From a virus: a DNA stretch of 64,000 nt. Where the stretch lies: positions 1 through 64,000 of the IMG/VR virus record IMGVR_UViG_3300047325_000130; one strand, written 5' to 3'. Position numbers and translations under genes: made by a program. Shown one piece after another: positions 9,567-20,621 of the stretch (positions within the stretch are counted from its first letter, which is position 1; the number at the start of each line of letters is the position of its first letter). Below the pieces are notes generated by a model that worked only from the letters and a program-made list of their open reading frames with translations, was not told the origin of the DNA and did no database searches.

Positions 9567-9755
9567 ATGGCAAAAGTAATTGAACAAACCGTAGTAATTA
9601 AATTTAGCCGAATGGTTAAAAACAATAACGATGCTGACACTGTTTTAACAAACGAAGTATTAGCGACATTGCTAGAATCAATACCGGAATTATGCGAGCA
9701 AATTGTAGATGATTCGGCAGTAGTAGTAGAACTTGATTTTGATCCAGCAGAGTAA
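9567..9755 (+). CDS. Hypothetical acidic protein
   Basis: Strong RBS (CAGGAG) and a 62-aa ORF. Confidence 0.7.
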   Translation: MAKVIEQTVVIKFSRMVKNNNDADTVLTNEVLATLLESIPELCEQIVDDSAVVVELDFDPAE

Positions 9756-9929
9756 TGTCTAAGTTTCAAATATTTGTTTATATATGCAGATACAAATGGT
9801 ATTTGTTCACTCATGTACCTGAAATGAGTCTGATACAAGCAATTCGATATTCTACACCTTTTATAGAATATATGGGAGATCCAATAGACGATGCTAAGTC
9901 TGAAATGTCTTATATGGAACCGTAATCAG

Positions 9930-10493
9930 TTAACGACTATTCATATCTGCAACCGGATCAGTAAGAACAACTGTTTTACCGTTACGTAGCATAAAATTAT
10001 GATTATTAAAATCTAAAACTATTCCGCCGCCAACTAAATTTTCATCTATATCTATAATAGTCTTTGTTAGATTTTCGTATGGAGCTATTTGTTTTTGAAG
10101 TTCGGGAGTCAACTCCTTGCCCTGCGTATAATAACCTAACCATACATGTATAATATCCGCTAATTCATTTGTCGGCATTGGTTCTAATTTCTCAATTGGA
10201 ATCATAAAGAATTTATCTTTGCCTTTTCCAAACCAACGAATTTTACTCATTTTTGGTAAATGAGGATTTTTACCATTTTTTGATTCTACATATTTTACAA
10301 ATGTCAAATAAGCAATATCAATCGGTGGCGTATTAATTTTTAATACATAATTGTCGCCCTGCCTACAAAATACATCAGAATGTTTGCCATGTCCTATTCG
10401 TGAGAATCCATATCTTTTAAGCATTTCTTTTAATGCATTAGAGTTTCCAACTTCTGATATTTCGACCGATTCGAATAAATTAGATAATTTCAT
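9930..10493 (-). CDS. Protein-kinase-like fold protein, late expressed
   Basis: Gly loop IGHGKHSDVF, VLKI lysine, catalytic loop DFNNHNFM, metal-binding TDP; TATAAATA at 10499-10506. Confidence 0.7.
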   Translation of the reverse strand: MKLSNLFESVEISEVGNSNALKEMLKRYGFSRIGHGKHSDVFCRQGDNYVLKINTPPIDIAYLTFVKYVESKNGKNPHLPKMSKIRWFGKGKDKFFMIPIEKLEPMPTNELADIIHVWLGYYTQGKELTPELQKQIAPYENLTKTIIDIDENLVGGGIVLDFNNHNFMLRNGKTVVLTDPVADMNSR

Positions 10494-10550
10494 ATCAGTA
10501 TTTATAGAAACCTTACCTACTAAATAGTGTACAATTTTAAGGCAGTTTTT

Positions 10551-11561
10551 ATGTTTAGTGTTGAATTACTTTCAAGTTCGAATGAAAAAATAAATGTTAC
10601 CGGGGCTCCTACTCGCGGTCCCGGATATTCATCAACTATAGGCAATAGTGGTACAGTCTCAATTAGCTTAGCAGATTTTACTGGTAGAATCTACATAGAA
10701 GGAAGTTTAGCAACAGATCCAAAATGGGATGACTGGTTTAGCATCCCCTTAACTGCACAAACAGATTATGTGCAATTCCCCCAAATACCGTTTGCACCAA
10801 CTAGCGGTAATTTAGGAGATAGTGGCAATTATGCTTATACATTTGCTGGTAATTTCGTTTGGATTCGAGCAAGAGTAGATAGAACTTATCTTAATCCTCC
10901 TCCCGGTAACACTGATTATGTCGGAGCGGTAATAAAGATACTTTTAAATTTTGGTGCAGTTAGTGGAACAAGTGCCGTAACATCCGGAGGTACACCCCCA
11001 GGTCCCGGCTTACCTTGGCCACAAGGGCCTAATTGGGCACAATTTGCAAATGATCCGTACGGAAATCAAATTTTGGGAATTACAGGTCCGACTGGGCCGA
11101 TGGCTATTAGTATTATTGGTCCAACTGGTCCGGCTGGCGGCGATGGACCTGCAGGCCCAGCTGGCGGTCCGACTGGACCAACAGGGTCAGGTTTCACTGG
11201 ACCTACCGGCGGCATTGGACCAACAGGTCCGAGTGCATACGGATATCAATTTACATTTACCGTAAATTTTGATATTACTGGAAGTGTTTCATCAGTTGCA
11301 AATTTACCAAATGGATGGGAAGCAACTATACCAACAGCCAGTACTTTACATATAACCGGTGTCACCGGGACGCCAAAACTTTTAGTATCATGGGGCCAGG
11401 CGCAAGTAAACGGTACCATTTATCAAAGTAGAGCAACGAATTCAATATTTTATGCTGCATATGATACAACTGTTCCTGGACAATTTATAATTTATGGGTT
11501 ATCCCCTAATAATGTCGGAACGGTTAACAGCGGTCAGTCTTTACTAACCGTGTCATTTTAA
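10551..11561 (+). CDS. Virion structural protein with short collagen-like segment
   Basis: GPTG repeats; TAAATA promoter at 10521. Confidence 0.7.
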   Translation: MFSVELLSSSNEKINVTGAPTRGPGYSSTIGNSGTVSISLADFTGRIYIEGSLATDPKWDDWFSIPLTAQTDYVQFPQIPFAPTSGNLGDSGNYAYTFAGNFVWIRARVDRTYLNPPPGNTDYVGAVIKILLNFGAVSGTSAVTSGGTPPGPGLPWPQGPNWAQFANDPYGNQILGITGPTGPMAISIIGPTGPAGGDGPAGPAGGPTGPTGSGFTGPTGGIGPTGPSAYGYQFTFTVNFDITGSVSSVANLPNGWEATIPTASTLHITGVTGTPKLLVSWGQAQVNGTIYQSRATNSIFYAAYDTTVPGQFIIYGLSPNNVGTVNSGQSLLTVSF

Positions 11562-11571
11562 GGAAACTTAG

Positions 11572-13146
11572 TTGAGCTTAATACCACTAGTTCCCAAAAG
11601 TTTATTTGTTAGCGTTACAAATATTTCAGTTCATAGTCTATGGAATGATCCTTCAAATCCAAATGATCCTTGGAAAAATTATCCATATCAATGGCAAGTT
11701 AATTTCTCAGTAACACCCCAGTCGCATAGTGATCCAAACAGCCCAAGACCGTATACCTATAATGGTCTTGATATAAACATAGGAGACTGGTTGGTATTTA
11801 CAGCTGACTCTAAATCCGTACAAGTTATTAGTTTTATATCACAAACCGATAGTGAAATTATCGCAATAGTAGAAGATGTTGATAGATATAATTTATATAA
11901 TGACTCTACACAAACCGGTGTAGGCATCGGTTATGTAAGTCAAAATAATTTAGTTATATCGACTGGTCCTGATGGTTTACCTATATTCTCTATACTACCA
12001 GATTACAGTGTTCCTTTTAATCTTATTAGCGACATAACTAATAGATTTATATTTCACAATTCAGTCACCGAATATGTTCCTGTATATCAACAAGATAATA
12101 TATTAGAAGTTGGACAACCATTAGGTCTTAATGCAAATGGATATTTTCCATCAGTTGCTGATACATCTGCATCAGACAGTGTCGTAATAGGTTTTGTTAG
12201 TACAACAAATCAACCCGGGAGTGGTTGGTTTACTTACAGGCCAATTGGTAGATACGTACAAAATATTTCACCTAACTTGCCAGGTGATCCGGGTGATGTA
12301 ATTTATCTAAGCACAATACCAGGGGAGCTAACTGCAACTCAACCAGAGTATGTTAATACAGCAGCCGTTTACATAAAAATAAACAATACCACAGGAATTA
12401 TGATTACTGGCACTGGATCCGGCAGTGGAGGTTTAGGTCCCACCGGACCAATTGGCCCTACTGGGGTACAAGGTCCTACAGGCGTTCCGGGTACTGCAAC
12501 CAATACCGGTGCAACCGGACCCACAGGTATTCAAGGCATAGTAGGTGATACTGGGCCAACCGGTATTGCTGGTGCAACAGGAGTTACAGGACCAACTGGT
12601 ATACAAGGTATTATCGGATATACTGGACCAACAGGCATGCAAGGGGCGACCGGAGTTACCGGGCCAACCGGTACTATAACCGTCAATGATCCTGCCGGAA
12701 GTATACAATTTAATAATGGTAATGACACACTAAACGGTACAAGTAATTTTGTATGGGATAATGTTAATAATCGAATGGGTATTAACAATCCAACTCCTTT
12801 ATCATCAATTCAGATTGAAGATGCTGGTATCGAAGCAACAACAGTATATTCAGCTACAACTTCTCAGATAATTGTAGATCAATTTCCGGTACCGTCATAT
12901 AGATCGGCGCATTATATGGTGCAAATAGTAGATCAATCAAATAGCTATTATCAAGTAAGTCAAATTTCAGTTATACATGATGGTGTTACAGTATTTTTAA
13001 ATGAATATAACGTTTTATCAACAACACCCAATAAGTTAGGACAATTTGACTCAAATATTAATATGGGCAATGTTCAACTATTATTTACTTCTATATCAAC
13101 CGATACAATGAAGCTATCGGTTATACGTTCTACTATAGCACCGTAA
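11572..13146 (+). CDS. Collagen-like fibre/structural protein
   Basis: GPTG/GATG repeats; C-terminal YRSAHYMVQ...IHDG domain; TTG start with AAGGA RBS. Confidence 0.75.
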   Translation: MSLIPLVPKSLFVSVTNISVHSLWNDPSNPNDPWKNYPYQWQVNFSVTPQSHSDPNSPRPYTYNGLDINIGDWLVFTADSKSVQVISFISQTDSEIIAIVEDVDRYNLYNDSTQTGVGIGYVSQNNLVISTGPDGLPIFSILPDYSVPFNLISDITNRFIFHNSVTEYVPVYQQDNILEVGQPLGLNANGYFPSVADTSASDSVVIGFVSTTNQPGSGWFTYRPIGRYVQNISPNLPGDPGDVIYLSTIPGELTATQPEYVNTAAVYIKINNTTGIMITGTGSGSGGLGPTGPIGPTGVQGPTGVPGTATNTGATGPTGIQGIVGDTGPTGIAGATGVTGPTGIQGIIGYTGPTGMQGATGVTGPTGTITVNDPAGSIQFNNGNDTLNGTSNFVWDNVNNRMGINNPTPLSSIQIEDAGIEATTVYSATTSQIIVDQFPVPSYRSAHYMVQIVDQSNSYYQVSQISVIHDGVTVFLNEYNVLSTTPNKLGQFDSNINMGNVQLLFTSISTDTMKLSVIRSTIAP

Positions 13147-13204
13147 ATATTATTTACGCTAAATACTTAGCGTATAGTAAAAAATAACAAGGTGTTTGAA
13201 ATAC

Positions 13205-15979
13205 ATGGCAACTAATATTGATTTTATTTTAAAACAAGGCCTGCAAGTTACTAATGCAGTAACCGTAGGATCTTATGTAGGATCATATGTTGCTCCTGCA
13301 AATAGTATGATTATTAGTGGATCAGTTGCTATTGGCACACCGACTGCTACAAACTTATTAACAGTTGCAAACGGAAATATTCAGGTTTCGACAGTTGGTT
13401 TTGGTTTAATATTCCCTGATGGTACAAGACAAACTACCGCAGCTACCGGGACGGCAGCACAGGGAACAGTAGGTTCTATTCAGGTTACTAATGGTACAGG
13501 ATCGTTCCAAGGCAATAGTAATTTTGTTTTTGACTCAAATAACGTAAGTGTAGGTATAGGCACAACGTTACCTGTTAATAATGGGTTAACGGTTATAAAT
13601 GCAAACAATCCTGCACTTTTTAGCACTAAAGCAGCTGGTGCAGATAATCAGATCATAGTTGGTAATAGTAGCACTGTTGGGACAGTTCTTGGATATTCTA
13701 CCAGCGGCTATTCATATATAAGAAATACCGGTTCAACATACGGTCTTATAATTGGACCGACTGGTAATATAGGAGTTTCATCTACCCTTGTATCAACATC
13801 AACTACCACAGGCGCATTAACAGTTGCCGGCGGTGTTGGTATTGCAGGAGCATTATATGTAGGCGGTATTTCTAATTTACCTACAATTGTTTCAACAGGC
13901 AGTTCATCACTTGGCGCAGTTACTATAACAGGTCAGTTAAGTAACGCTGGCAATACTTATACCAACGCTCTTTATTCTAATACACTTATAAGTGGTGCTT
14001 CGGTTGTTTCATCAGGTGTCATAACTGGTTCATCGATTGTAAGTAATACATCAGTCACCGGTGCTAATTTAATAGCAACAAGCGGTATTACCACACCTAC
14101 CTTAAGTGCGACTGGTACCATAACTGCAAATTCATTGGTAAGTAATACCGCAGTAACATCACAAACTGGTCAGTTTAATGCTACAACTGCTGCAACCAAT
14201 ACTACTTCTGGTGCATTACAGGTAGTAGGCGGTGCTGGCATTGGCGGTTCATTATATGTAGGCGGCAATTCACAATTCAATGGTAATTTAAGCGTACTTG
14301 GTAATTTACTGGTAAGTGGCAATTCAGTCGTCATCAATACAACTTCGTTGGCAGTTACGGATCCTGTAATTCAAGTAGGTGTTGGTTCAAATGATAGCAT
14401 CTTAACAGTTGATGATGGTCACGATCGCGGTATACTTATTAATTACTTCAATACAACTGCAATTAACGGCGAGTCGCAAGGCGATAATAATGCTTTCTTT
14501 GGTAGACAAGATTCAACCGGTAAACTAGTTTATCTTACTAACGTTTCACCTGGTACAACTAACGTAGCCAATCCTTTCCAAAGCGGTACAACTGTTTGGG
14601 GCGCTGCAGAATTTGGAAGTTTAACGTTAGCTAATGCTGCACCAAGTACAAGCACTGGTACAGGTGCATTAATTGTTACTGGTGGTGCTGGTATTGGCGG
14701 AAATGTATATATTGGCGGCACATTAAATGCAGGCGCAGCAACATTTACAACATTATCAAGCGGCGGCGCTATTACTGCACCTGCATTTATATCAACTGGT
14801 ACATCAACTTTTGCTAATATCGTAAGTAATTCTGGTATTACAACTGGTACATTAAGTGCATCTGGTACAATAACTGGTGCAACACTTGTAAGTAACGGAT
14901 CAGTAACTGGTACACAATTAATTTCATCCGGTGCAATAAACGGGGCCACCTTACAAACTACTGGTACAGCTACAGTCAATGCATTGGTTAGTAACTCATC
15001 TATTAGCGGTACATCACTTTCAATAAATGGTGGCATAGTTGGCACAACAATTAGTACAAGTGGTGCAGCATATCATAGTTCAATTGTAAGTAATTCATCA
15101 ATCAATACGGTTACGTTGATTGCATCTGGTGCAATAACAGGTTCTTCAATTGTAAGTAATTCATCTATCAATACGGTTACGTTGATTGCATCTGGTGCAA
15201 TAACAGGTTCTTCAATTGTAAGTAATTCATCTATCAATGGTGCTACTTTACAAACCACTGGTACAGCTACGGTTAATGCATTGGTAAGTAATGGTTCGAT
15301 AACTGGTACAACATTGCAAACTTCTGGTGCTGCAATTGTCAATAGTTTAGCATCAAACGGTGCAGTAAGTGGTAGCTCGTTATCTACAACAGGTGCGATA
15401 AATGGAGGAACATTACAAACTTCCGGTACAGCTACAGTTAATGCATTGGTTAGTAATACATCTATTACCGCAGCAAGCTTTAATACTGGTACATCGCAAG
15501 TTTCAGGAACAGAAACTGTTAATGCATTAATAGCCAATACTACTATAACAGCAAACAACGTAACGGTTGGCTCTGGAGGTTTAAGTGTAAGCGGACCGGT
15601 CGTTGGTAACGGTTATACCCAAACCGGTAACACATTTACAACAAGCAGTGGTGCAGTGGTAACGGTAGATAGTTGGTTAACGAATCAGTTTAGAACTGTT
15701 CAATATATTGCGCAAGTAACTGATAATACAAGTGGTTCTAATTTGTTTTATAGCACACAATTTATGATTATTCATGATGGTCCGAGCAACCCAGCTACAT
15801 ATATTGCCACAAACGTGTTCAAAACTGAGTATAATATTATGTACTCGGGCGGTGCACAGAATGTTGGAAGTTTTGATGCAACGTTAACAGGCGGCGGAAC
15901 AGTTGTATCAGTAACCTTTACACCATCATCTGCTACTAATAAAACAATACGTGTTGCTAGAACTTGCTTGCCGGTGTAA
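13205..15979 (+). CDS. Long tail/capsid fibre protein
   Basis: GALxVxGGxGI repeats, internal 63-nt tandem repeats (~15080-15237), and a C-terminal IHDG domain like that of the previous gene. Confidence 0.8.
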   Translation: MATNIDFILKQGLQVTNAVTVGSYVGSYVAPANSMIISGSVAIGTPTATNLLTVANGNIQVSTVGFGLIFPDGTRQTTAATGTAAQGTVGSIQVTNGTGSFQGNSNFVFDSNNVSVGIGTTLPVNNGLTVINANNPALFSTKAAGADNQIIVGNSSTVGTVLGYSTSGYSYIRNTGSTYGLIIGPTGNIGVSSTLVSTSTTTGALTVAGGVGIAGALYVGGISNLPTIVSTGSSSLGAVTITGQLSNAGNTYTNALYSNTLISGASVVSSGVITGSSIVSNTSVTGANLIATSGITTPTLSATGTITANSLVSNTAVTSQTGQFNATTAATNTTSGALQVVGGAGIGGSLYVGGNSQFNGNLSVLGNLLVSGNSVVINTTSLAVTDPVIQVGVGSNDSILTVDDGHDRGILINYFNTTAINGESQGDNNAFFGRQDSTGKLVYLTNVSPGTTNVANPFQSGTTVWGAAEFGSLTLANAAPSTSTGTGALIVTGGAGIGGNVYIGGTLNAGAATFTTLSSGGAITAPAFISTGTSTFANIVSNSGITTGTLSASGTITGATLVSNGSVTGTQLISSGAINGATLQTTGTATVNALVSNSSISGTSLSINGGIVGTTISTSGAAYHSSIVSNSSINTVTLIASGAITGSSIVSNSSINTVTLIASGAITGSSIVSNSSINGATLQTTGTATVNALVSNGSITGTTLQTSGAAIVNSLASNGAVSGSSLSTTGAINGGTLQTSGTATVNALVSNTSITAASFNTGTSQVSGTETVNALIANTTITANNVTVGSGGLSVSGPVVGNGYTQTGNTFTTSSGAVVTVDSWLTNQFRTVQYIAQVTDNTSGSNLFYSTQFMIIHDGPSNPATYIATNVFKTEYNIMYSGGAQNVGSFDATLTGGGTVVSVTFTPSSATNKTIRVARTCLPV

Positions 15980-15982
15980 ACA

Positions 15983-16777
15983 TTAGAGAACCATATTCTC
16001 TATAGCCATAACAAACTTTTGCAAATCAATTGCATAGAATCCGCTTGAATTCAAATTGTTAATTTCGATGACCTTATATTCGTCATTTTGTAGATCTGCA
16101 ATGTCAATCACAAATCCTCGGGCCGGACACCAAATATCAATCATTTTTTGCGCAAATGCAATCGCACCATCATCTACTAGAGCTTGATAATTTTGATTTA
16201 AAGCTCTGGCATATCTTTTGCCGTACTGAGACTGTCCAACAATCTTACCATCTACCACAAAAAATCTAAATTCTTTAGAGATGTTTTTGGGTGATGCATA
16301 AGAAACCATTGTATCAGCAGTTAAGCTACCATACGTTTCGCCAAGATTAATAACACGATGCCGCCATTCATCAAAATCATTATAGTCAAATACCGTTCCG
16401 TTGAAAGATTTTGTATCTTCGCAAGGACGAATAAACAAGGTATCCCAATGTTTATCTACCTCTGAGAATTTACAAACTTTAGAATCATAGTTCAAAAGAT
16501 GATCACCGTAATGCTTTAACCAAATTCTATAGTCGTGATTTTCATTCATAAAGGATCCGGGATACCATCCTCGTTGTTTAGCAATTTTTGCTAATGTAAT
16601 CGAACCGCAAACCATAATTGGATTTGTTGGTTCGATATGTGGAATAGTTGGTGGTAAGTCAGCAGAGAAAGGGACTACTTTTACAACTATATATGGTATT
16701 TGAAATTTATCTAATGTATCAACAAGAGCACAATAGCCTTCTTTGTTGAACAAATTATCTTGAATGATCCAATGTAT
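15983..16777 (-). CDS. ATP-grasp protein (R2K/DUF4343-like), probably leaderless with an ATA start
   Basis: FIRP..D.K.F.G, EFRFFVVDG, FVIDIA and VIEIN..NSSGFY motifs. The frame extends upstream to IHWIIQ; TTGACA-N16-TATAAT at 16811-16784. Confidence 0.8.
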   Translation of the reverse strand: MHWIIQDNLFNKEGYCALVDTLDKFQIPYIVVKVVPFSADLPPTIPHIEPTNPIMVCGSITLAKIAKQRGWYPGSFMNENHDYRIWLKHYGDHLLNYDSKVCKFSEVDKHWDTLFIRPCEDTKSFNGTVFDYNDFDEWRHRVINLGETYGSLTADTMVSYASPKNISKEFRFFVVDGKIVGQSQYGKRYARALNQNYQALVDDGAIAFAQKMIDIWCPARGFVIDIADLQNDEYKVIEINNLNSSGFYAIDLQKFVMAIENMVL

Positions 16778-16869
16778 GACATTATTATAATCAAAGTTTG
16801 AATTTTGTCAATTCAATTTCTGCTAAATATAGATACTTAATAATAAGCCAATAGCGGAAAGGGAAGTGA

Positions 16870-19800
16870 ATGGCGTATAATACACCTGACTTTATAGTCA
16901 AGAATGGTCTGCAGGTATCATCCAATATCATTGTAGGATCATATGCAAATAATATAAATGTTCATCCATCTTCCAATGGTATAATCGTAAGTGGGAATGT
17001 TGGTATCGGTACGTCAACACCGACATCGCCATTAACTGTTATTGGTAATATTCAAATAGGTAATACATCGACAATCGGCGGCGTAGTATTTGCAGATTCT
17101 ACATTTCAGTCAACTGCTGGCTTGCCGTTAACAGGCGGTAAAGTAAACGGTAATTTAACAGTTACTGGTATATTAGATGTTTCAAATTCAAGTGTATCAA
17201 CACTTGAAATTAATACAACTGGCTCAAATTCTCCTGCATATTTTTTTACTGTAAATGATTCTTTAAATACGCTTCAGTTATCTAGTAATAGTAGCGGTGG
17301 TATTCTTACTATTGCTAATACAGGGGCTTTAACTTTTACTCATACAATTAATGCAAACTACGGATTCAACGTTCTTGGTAATACCTCTCTTACCAACACT
17401 ACTACAACTAATTTCACTGCAAATAGTGCTAGTATATCAGGCAATCTTTCTGTTAATGGAAATATTACCTCACTTGGTAATATAGGTGTTGGTAGCGGTT
17501 TTGGTGTTGTTTTTGGTGATGGTAGTTATCAAACCACCGCAAGTCAAAACGGCGTTTATGTAGGTAATGTATTATACGGAAATCTGCAAGCTGGAAACAA
17601 TGTCACATTTACAACAGTTGGAAATAATTTACAAATTTCATCTAGCTTAGTTAATGCATCTTCTTCAACTGTTACATCTTCACATGCTGGTGCTTTTTCT
17701 GCTAGAACTCTTGCGTCAATTGAAGGTCAGTTGGTTAACGTAAAAGATTTTGGTGCGGTCGGAGATGGATCTACAGATGATGCTCCATCCATAAACTATG
17801 CTATACAATATGCTAATCCGGGAGATGTGATTTATTTTCCCCCAAGTCAATATGGTTATGCAATAGGTAGTACAATAAATGTTTCATCAAATTTAACATT
17901 TTTTGCATATGCAGGATCAGTTGTGCTTAAACCAACTACAACCAACACATCTGGCGTAATATTATTCGGTGCGGTAGTAATTTCAAATGTTAACGTAATT
18001 GGTATTACATTTGATGGCGGCGGCACAAGTTTTGGTACTTCATATCCTGCTGTACAATGTTATAAATGCGTTAATTTTCAATTTGATAATTGCACATTTC
18101 AAAACATTCGAGGAATTGGATGTAATATGTCTGATAATAATTTTACCGGATTTATAAATTGTAATTTCAATAATATTGGTAATTACTGGCAGATTTCAGG
18201 TAATACTGCTGATAGATATCAAGGTATCGCTTGGTCGTGTGATTCTAATCTTGTCGGTACAGACGGTTTTGGTAATTATGTTTTAAATTCTACATTACAA
18301 AACATTGGGTTAGATGCGATTAGTATTGGATCACAAACTAATTTCATATGTCGATCAAATGAAATGTATCTTAGTAATAATCAAGCGGTCCTACTTGCTA
18401 ATACTGCGTCTGCATTTGGTGCTGGCATATATTCTGGTGGTGCAAATATATTAGTTATAACTGACAATATAATATATGGTGCTAGTGGTAATGGTATTGA
18501 CGTATACGGAGCAACACAATTAACAGTTGCAGAAAATTCTATTACCGCATGTTCACAAACCGGAATCTTAGTAGCTGCTGGTGTATCAGGTATAGCAGTT
18601 ACAGGTGTTACCGTTGTTGGTAACATGGTATCTAATAATAATCAATCAGCGGCATTTTCTACTATTCTAACAGGTGGTATCTGTGTTGTATCTTCTAATA
18701 CTCAATCAGGTATCAACGACGTTGTTATTTCTGCAAATACTTGTATAGATAATCAGGCAACCAAAACTCAGCAATATGGCTTATATATAAGTAGCTATCA
18801 GGCAATTCCGGGTTTATGGATAGATCAAAATAATTATTTTGGGCCAAGTTTATATGCACCATTATATGCAATCGTTAACGGAACTGTTCTTACCTATAAT
18901 CAGTTTAGAAATTCTAACATTGCAATAACCGGAAATAACATAGTATTTTCGAATGGTTCGTATATAAGTACTGCGCCTACACCTGTACTTATTTCAAGTA
19001 ACAGTAATGTTTTTACAACGTCTACATTATCTACATTAATTGTTTCTGGTAATTATACTTTATCATACGGTTCTGGTCCTGCAACCATAGTTCAATCTAA
19101 TGCTATTACAAGTGGTAGCGGAACCAATACGCTAGCAAGTAATGTTAGTATCGGAAATTATATATTCATTGCCAGACCAGTAAATGGAACTTCTCCAACC
19201 ACAGAAGCCGGATATCCTTTACTATCGGTTATTACTACAACAAGCACCAATTATAACGTTGGCGTATATGGCGGGTTTGCTACCTCTACTGCTAAACCAA
19301 GTTATAGTGTTGTAGCTGGTGGTTATATAGCAGAAGTTTCTGGTGTATCAGCGGTAACTACCGAAACATTTAATATCAATGTATCTAATTCAACATATTC
19401 ATTTACAACTAATTTACCAACAGCAAATGATTTGTATTTTTTCATACCCCATATTAATACAAACTATACAAATTCAGCTTCTGGATTCTCACCTTACGGT
19501 GTATCACAAGCAACACCATTTTTAACAACACCTGGCCAAACACCTGGTACATTTTTGGGTGTTGCAGATATAGCTGCAAGTGGCTCTCAAAAAATATCAT
19601 GGGTCGACTCAACAAGAACATATTCTAACGGTCTTGGTATACATTTAATAGGTAATGTAAGCACAACGTTAGGCGGCGGCGGTGTTAATTTTGGTAACGT
19701 GCTGTATCAGAATGTACAAGCTGGCAATAACATTGTTATGACTAATGTCGCTGGTAATTTACAAATTTCTGCAACTATTGCCGCTTCGGTAAATGCATTG

Positions 19801-20619
19801 TCAGGTAATGCTATTTTAAATTTTGGAGCAGGAACTGATACTGCAAACGTAACAGTTTACACAAATAATGTTACCTCAGCTTCGCAGATTCAAGCTTGGG
19901 TAATGGCATCATCTATCAATAATATTAACGGTACCAATGATGCTGATTCACATTTAATTGCATCACAATTTCTTACACTGACCTGCGGCAATATAGTTGC
20001 AGGAAGCAGTTTTACAATATTTGGATTAGTTGATTCCCCGCATGAATTAACAGGAGAAATTGTTGTCCAATGGAGCGGGGCTGGCGTTGGTACAGCAACA
20101 GGTCCTACCGGACCGAGCGGGCCGACAGGCGTTCCTGGATCTGCAACAAATACTGGTGCAACTGGCCCAACTGGTTATACGGGTCCTACTGGTCCAACAG
20201 GGGTCCCTGGTACCGCAACTAATACAGGTGCAACTGGTCCAACTGGCCCATCTGTTGCTAACGTAGCGTTATTAAATACCTTTCAAACTTTTACTGCTAC
20301 TCAAGCATCTACTATTCAAGCTCTTACATATGCAGCAACAGTAACAATTGATTTAACACAGGGAAATGATGCGGCTATTACATTATATGGCAATTGCATT
20401 TTTGCTAACCCATCTACAATGCCTATCGGTACATCAGGTCATATTAAAATTGCTCAAGATAGTACAGGATCAAGAACTATTACTTGGGGAACTTATTGGA
20501 AATTTGGGTCCGCAGGAACGCCTGTATTAAGTAACGCAGCAAATGCAGTCGACGTTTTATTTTATTGGGTAATGGATAGTGTTCATGTCGTCGCAGCATT
20601 GATTAACGGGGTACAATAA
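16870..20619 (+). CDS. Tailspike/fibre with pectate-lyase-like right-handed beta-helix (candidate depolymerase)
   Basis: [17 protein letters not shown] motif, beta-helix repeats, collagen linker and C-terminal [11 protein letters not shown] adaptor domain. Confidence 0.85.
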   Translation: MAYNTPDFIVKNGLQVSSNIIVGSYANNINVHPSSNGIIVSGNVGIGTSTPTSPLTVIGNIQIGNTSTIGGVVFADSTFQSTAGLPLTGGKVNGNLTVTGILDVSNSSVSTLEINTTGSNSPAYFFTVNDSLNTLQLSSNSSGGILTIANTGALTFTHTINANYGFNVLGNTSLTNTTTTNFTANSASISGNLSVNGNITSLGNIGVGSGFGVVFGDGSYQTTASQNGVYVGNVLYGNLQAGNNVTFTTVGNNLQISSSLVNASSSTVTSSHAGAFSARTLASIEGQLVNVKDFGAVGDGSTDDAPSINYAIQYANPGDVIYFPPSQYGYAIGSTINVSSNLTFFAYAGSVVLKPTTTNTSGVILFGAVVISNVNVIGITFDGGGTSFGTSYPAVQCYKCVNFQFDNCTFQNIRGIGCNMSDNNFTGFINCNFNNIGNYWQISGNTADRYQGIAWSCDSNLVGTDGFGNYVLNSTLQNIGLDAISIGSQTNFICRSNEMYLSNNQAVLLANTASAFGAGIYSGGANILVITDNIIYGASGNGIDVYGATQLTVAENSITACSQTGILVAAGVSGIAVTGVTVVGNMVSNNNQSAAFSTILTGGICVVSSNTQSGINDVVISANTCIDNQATKTQQYGLYISSYQAIPGLWIDQNNYFGPSLYAPLYAIVNGTVLTYNQFRNSNIAITGNNIVFSNGSYISTAPTPVLISSNSNVFTTSTLSTLIVSGNYTLSYGSGPATIVQSNAITSGSGTNTLASNVSIGNYIFIARPVNGTSPTTEAGYPLLSVITTTSTNYNVGVYGGFATSTAKPSYSVVAGGYIAEVSGVSAVTTETFNINVSNSTYSFTTNLPTANDLYFFIPHINTNYTNSASGFSPYGVSQATPFLTTPGQTPGTFLGVADIAASGSQKISWVDSTRTYSNGLGIHLIGNVSTTLGGGGVNFGNVLYQNVQAGNNIVMTNVAGNLQISATIAASVNALSGNAILNFGAGTDTANVTVYTNNVTSASQIQAWVMASSINNINGTNDADSHLIASQFLTLTCGNIVAGSSFTIFGLVDSPHELTGEIVVQWSGAGVGTATGPTGPSGPTGVPGSATNTGATGPTGYTGPTGPTGVPGTATNTGATGPTGPSVANVALLNTFQTFTATQASTIQALTYAATVTIDLTQGNDAAITLYGNCIFANPSTMPIGTSGHIKIAQDSTGSRTITWGTYWKFGSAGTPVLSNAANAVDVLFYWVMDSVHVVAALINGVQ

Positions 20620-20621
20620 CA

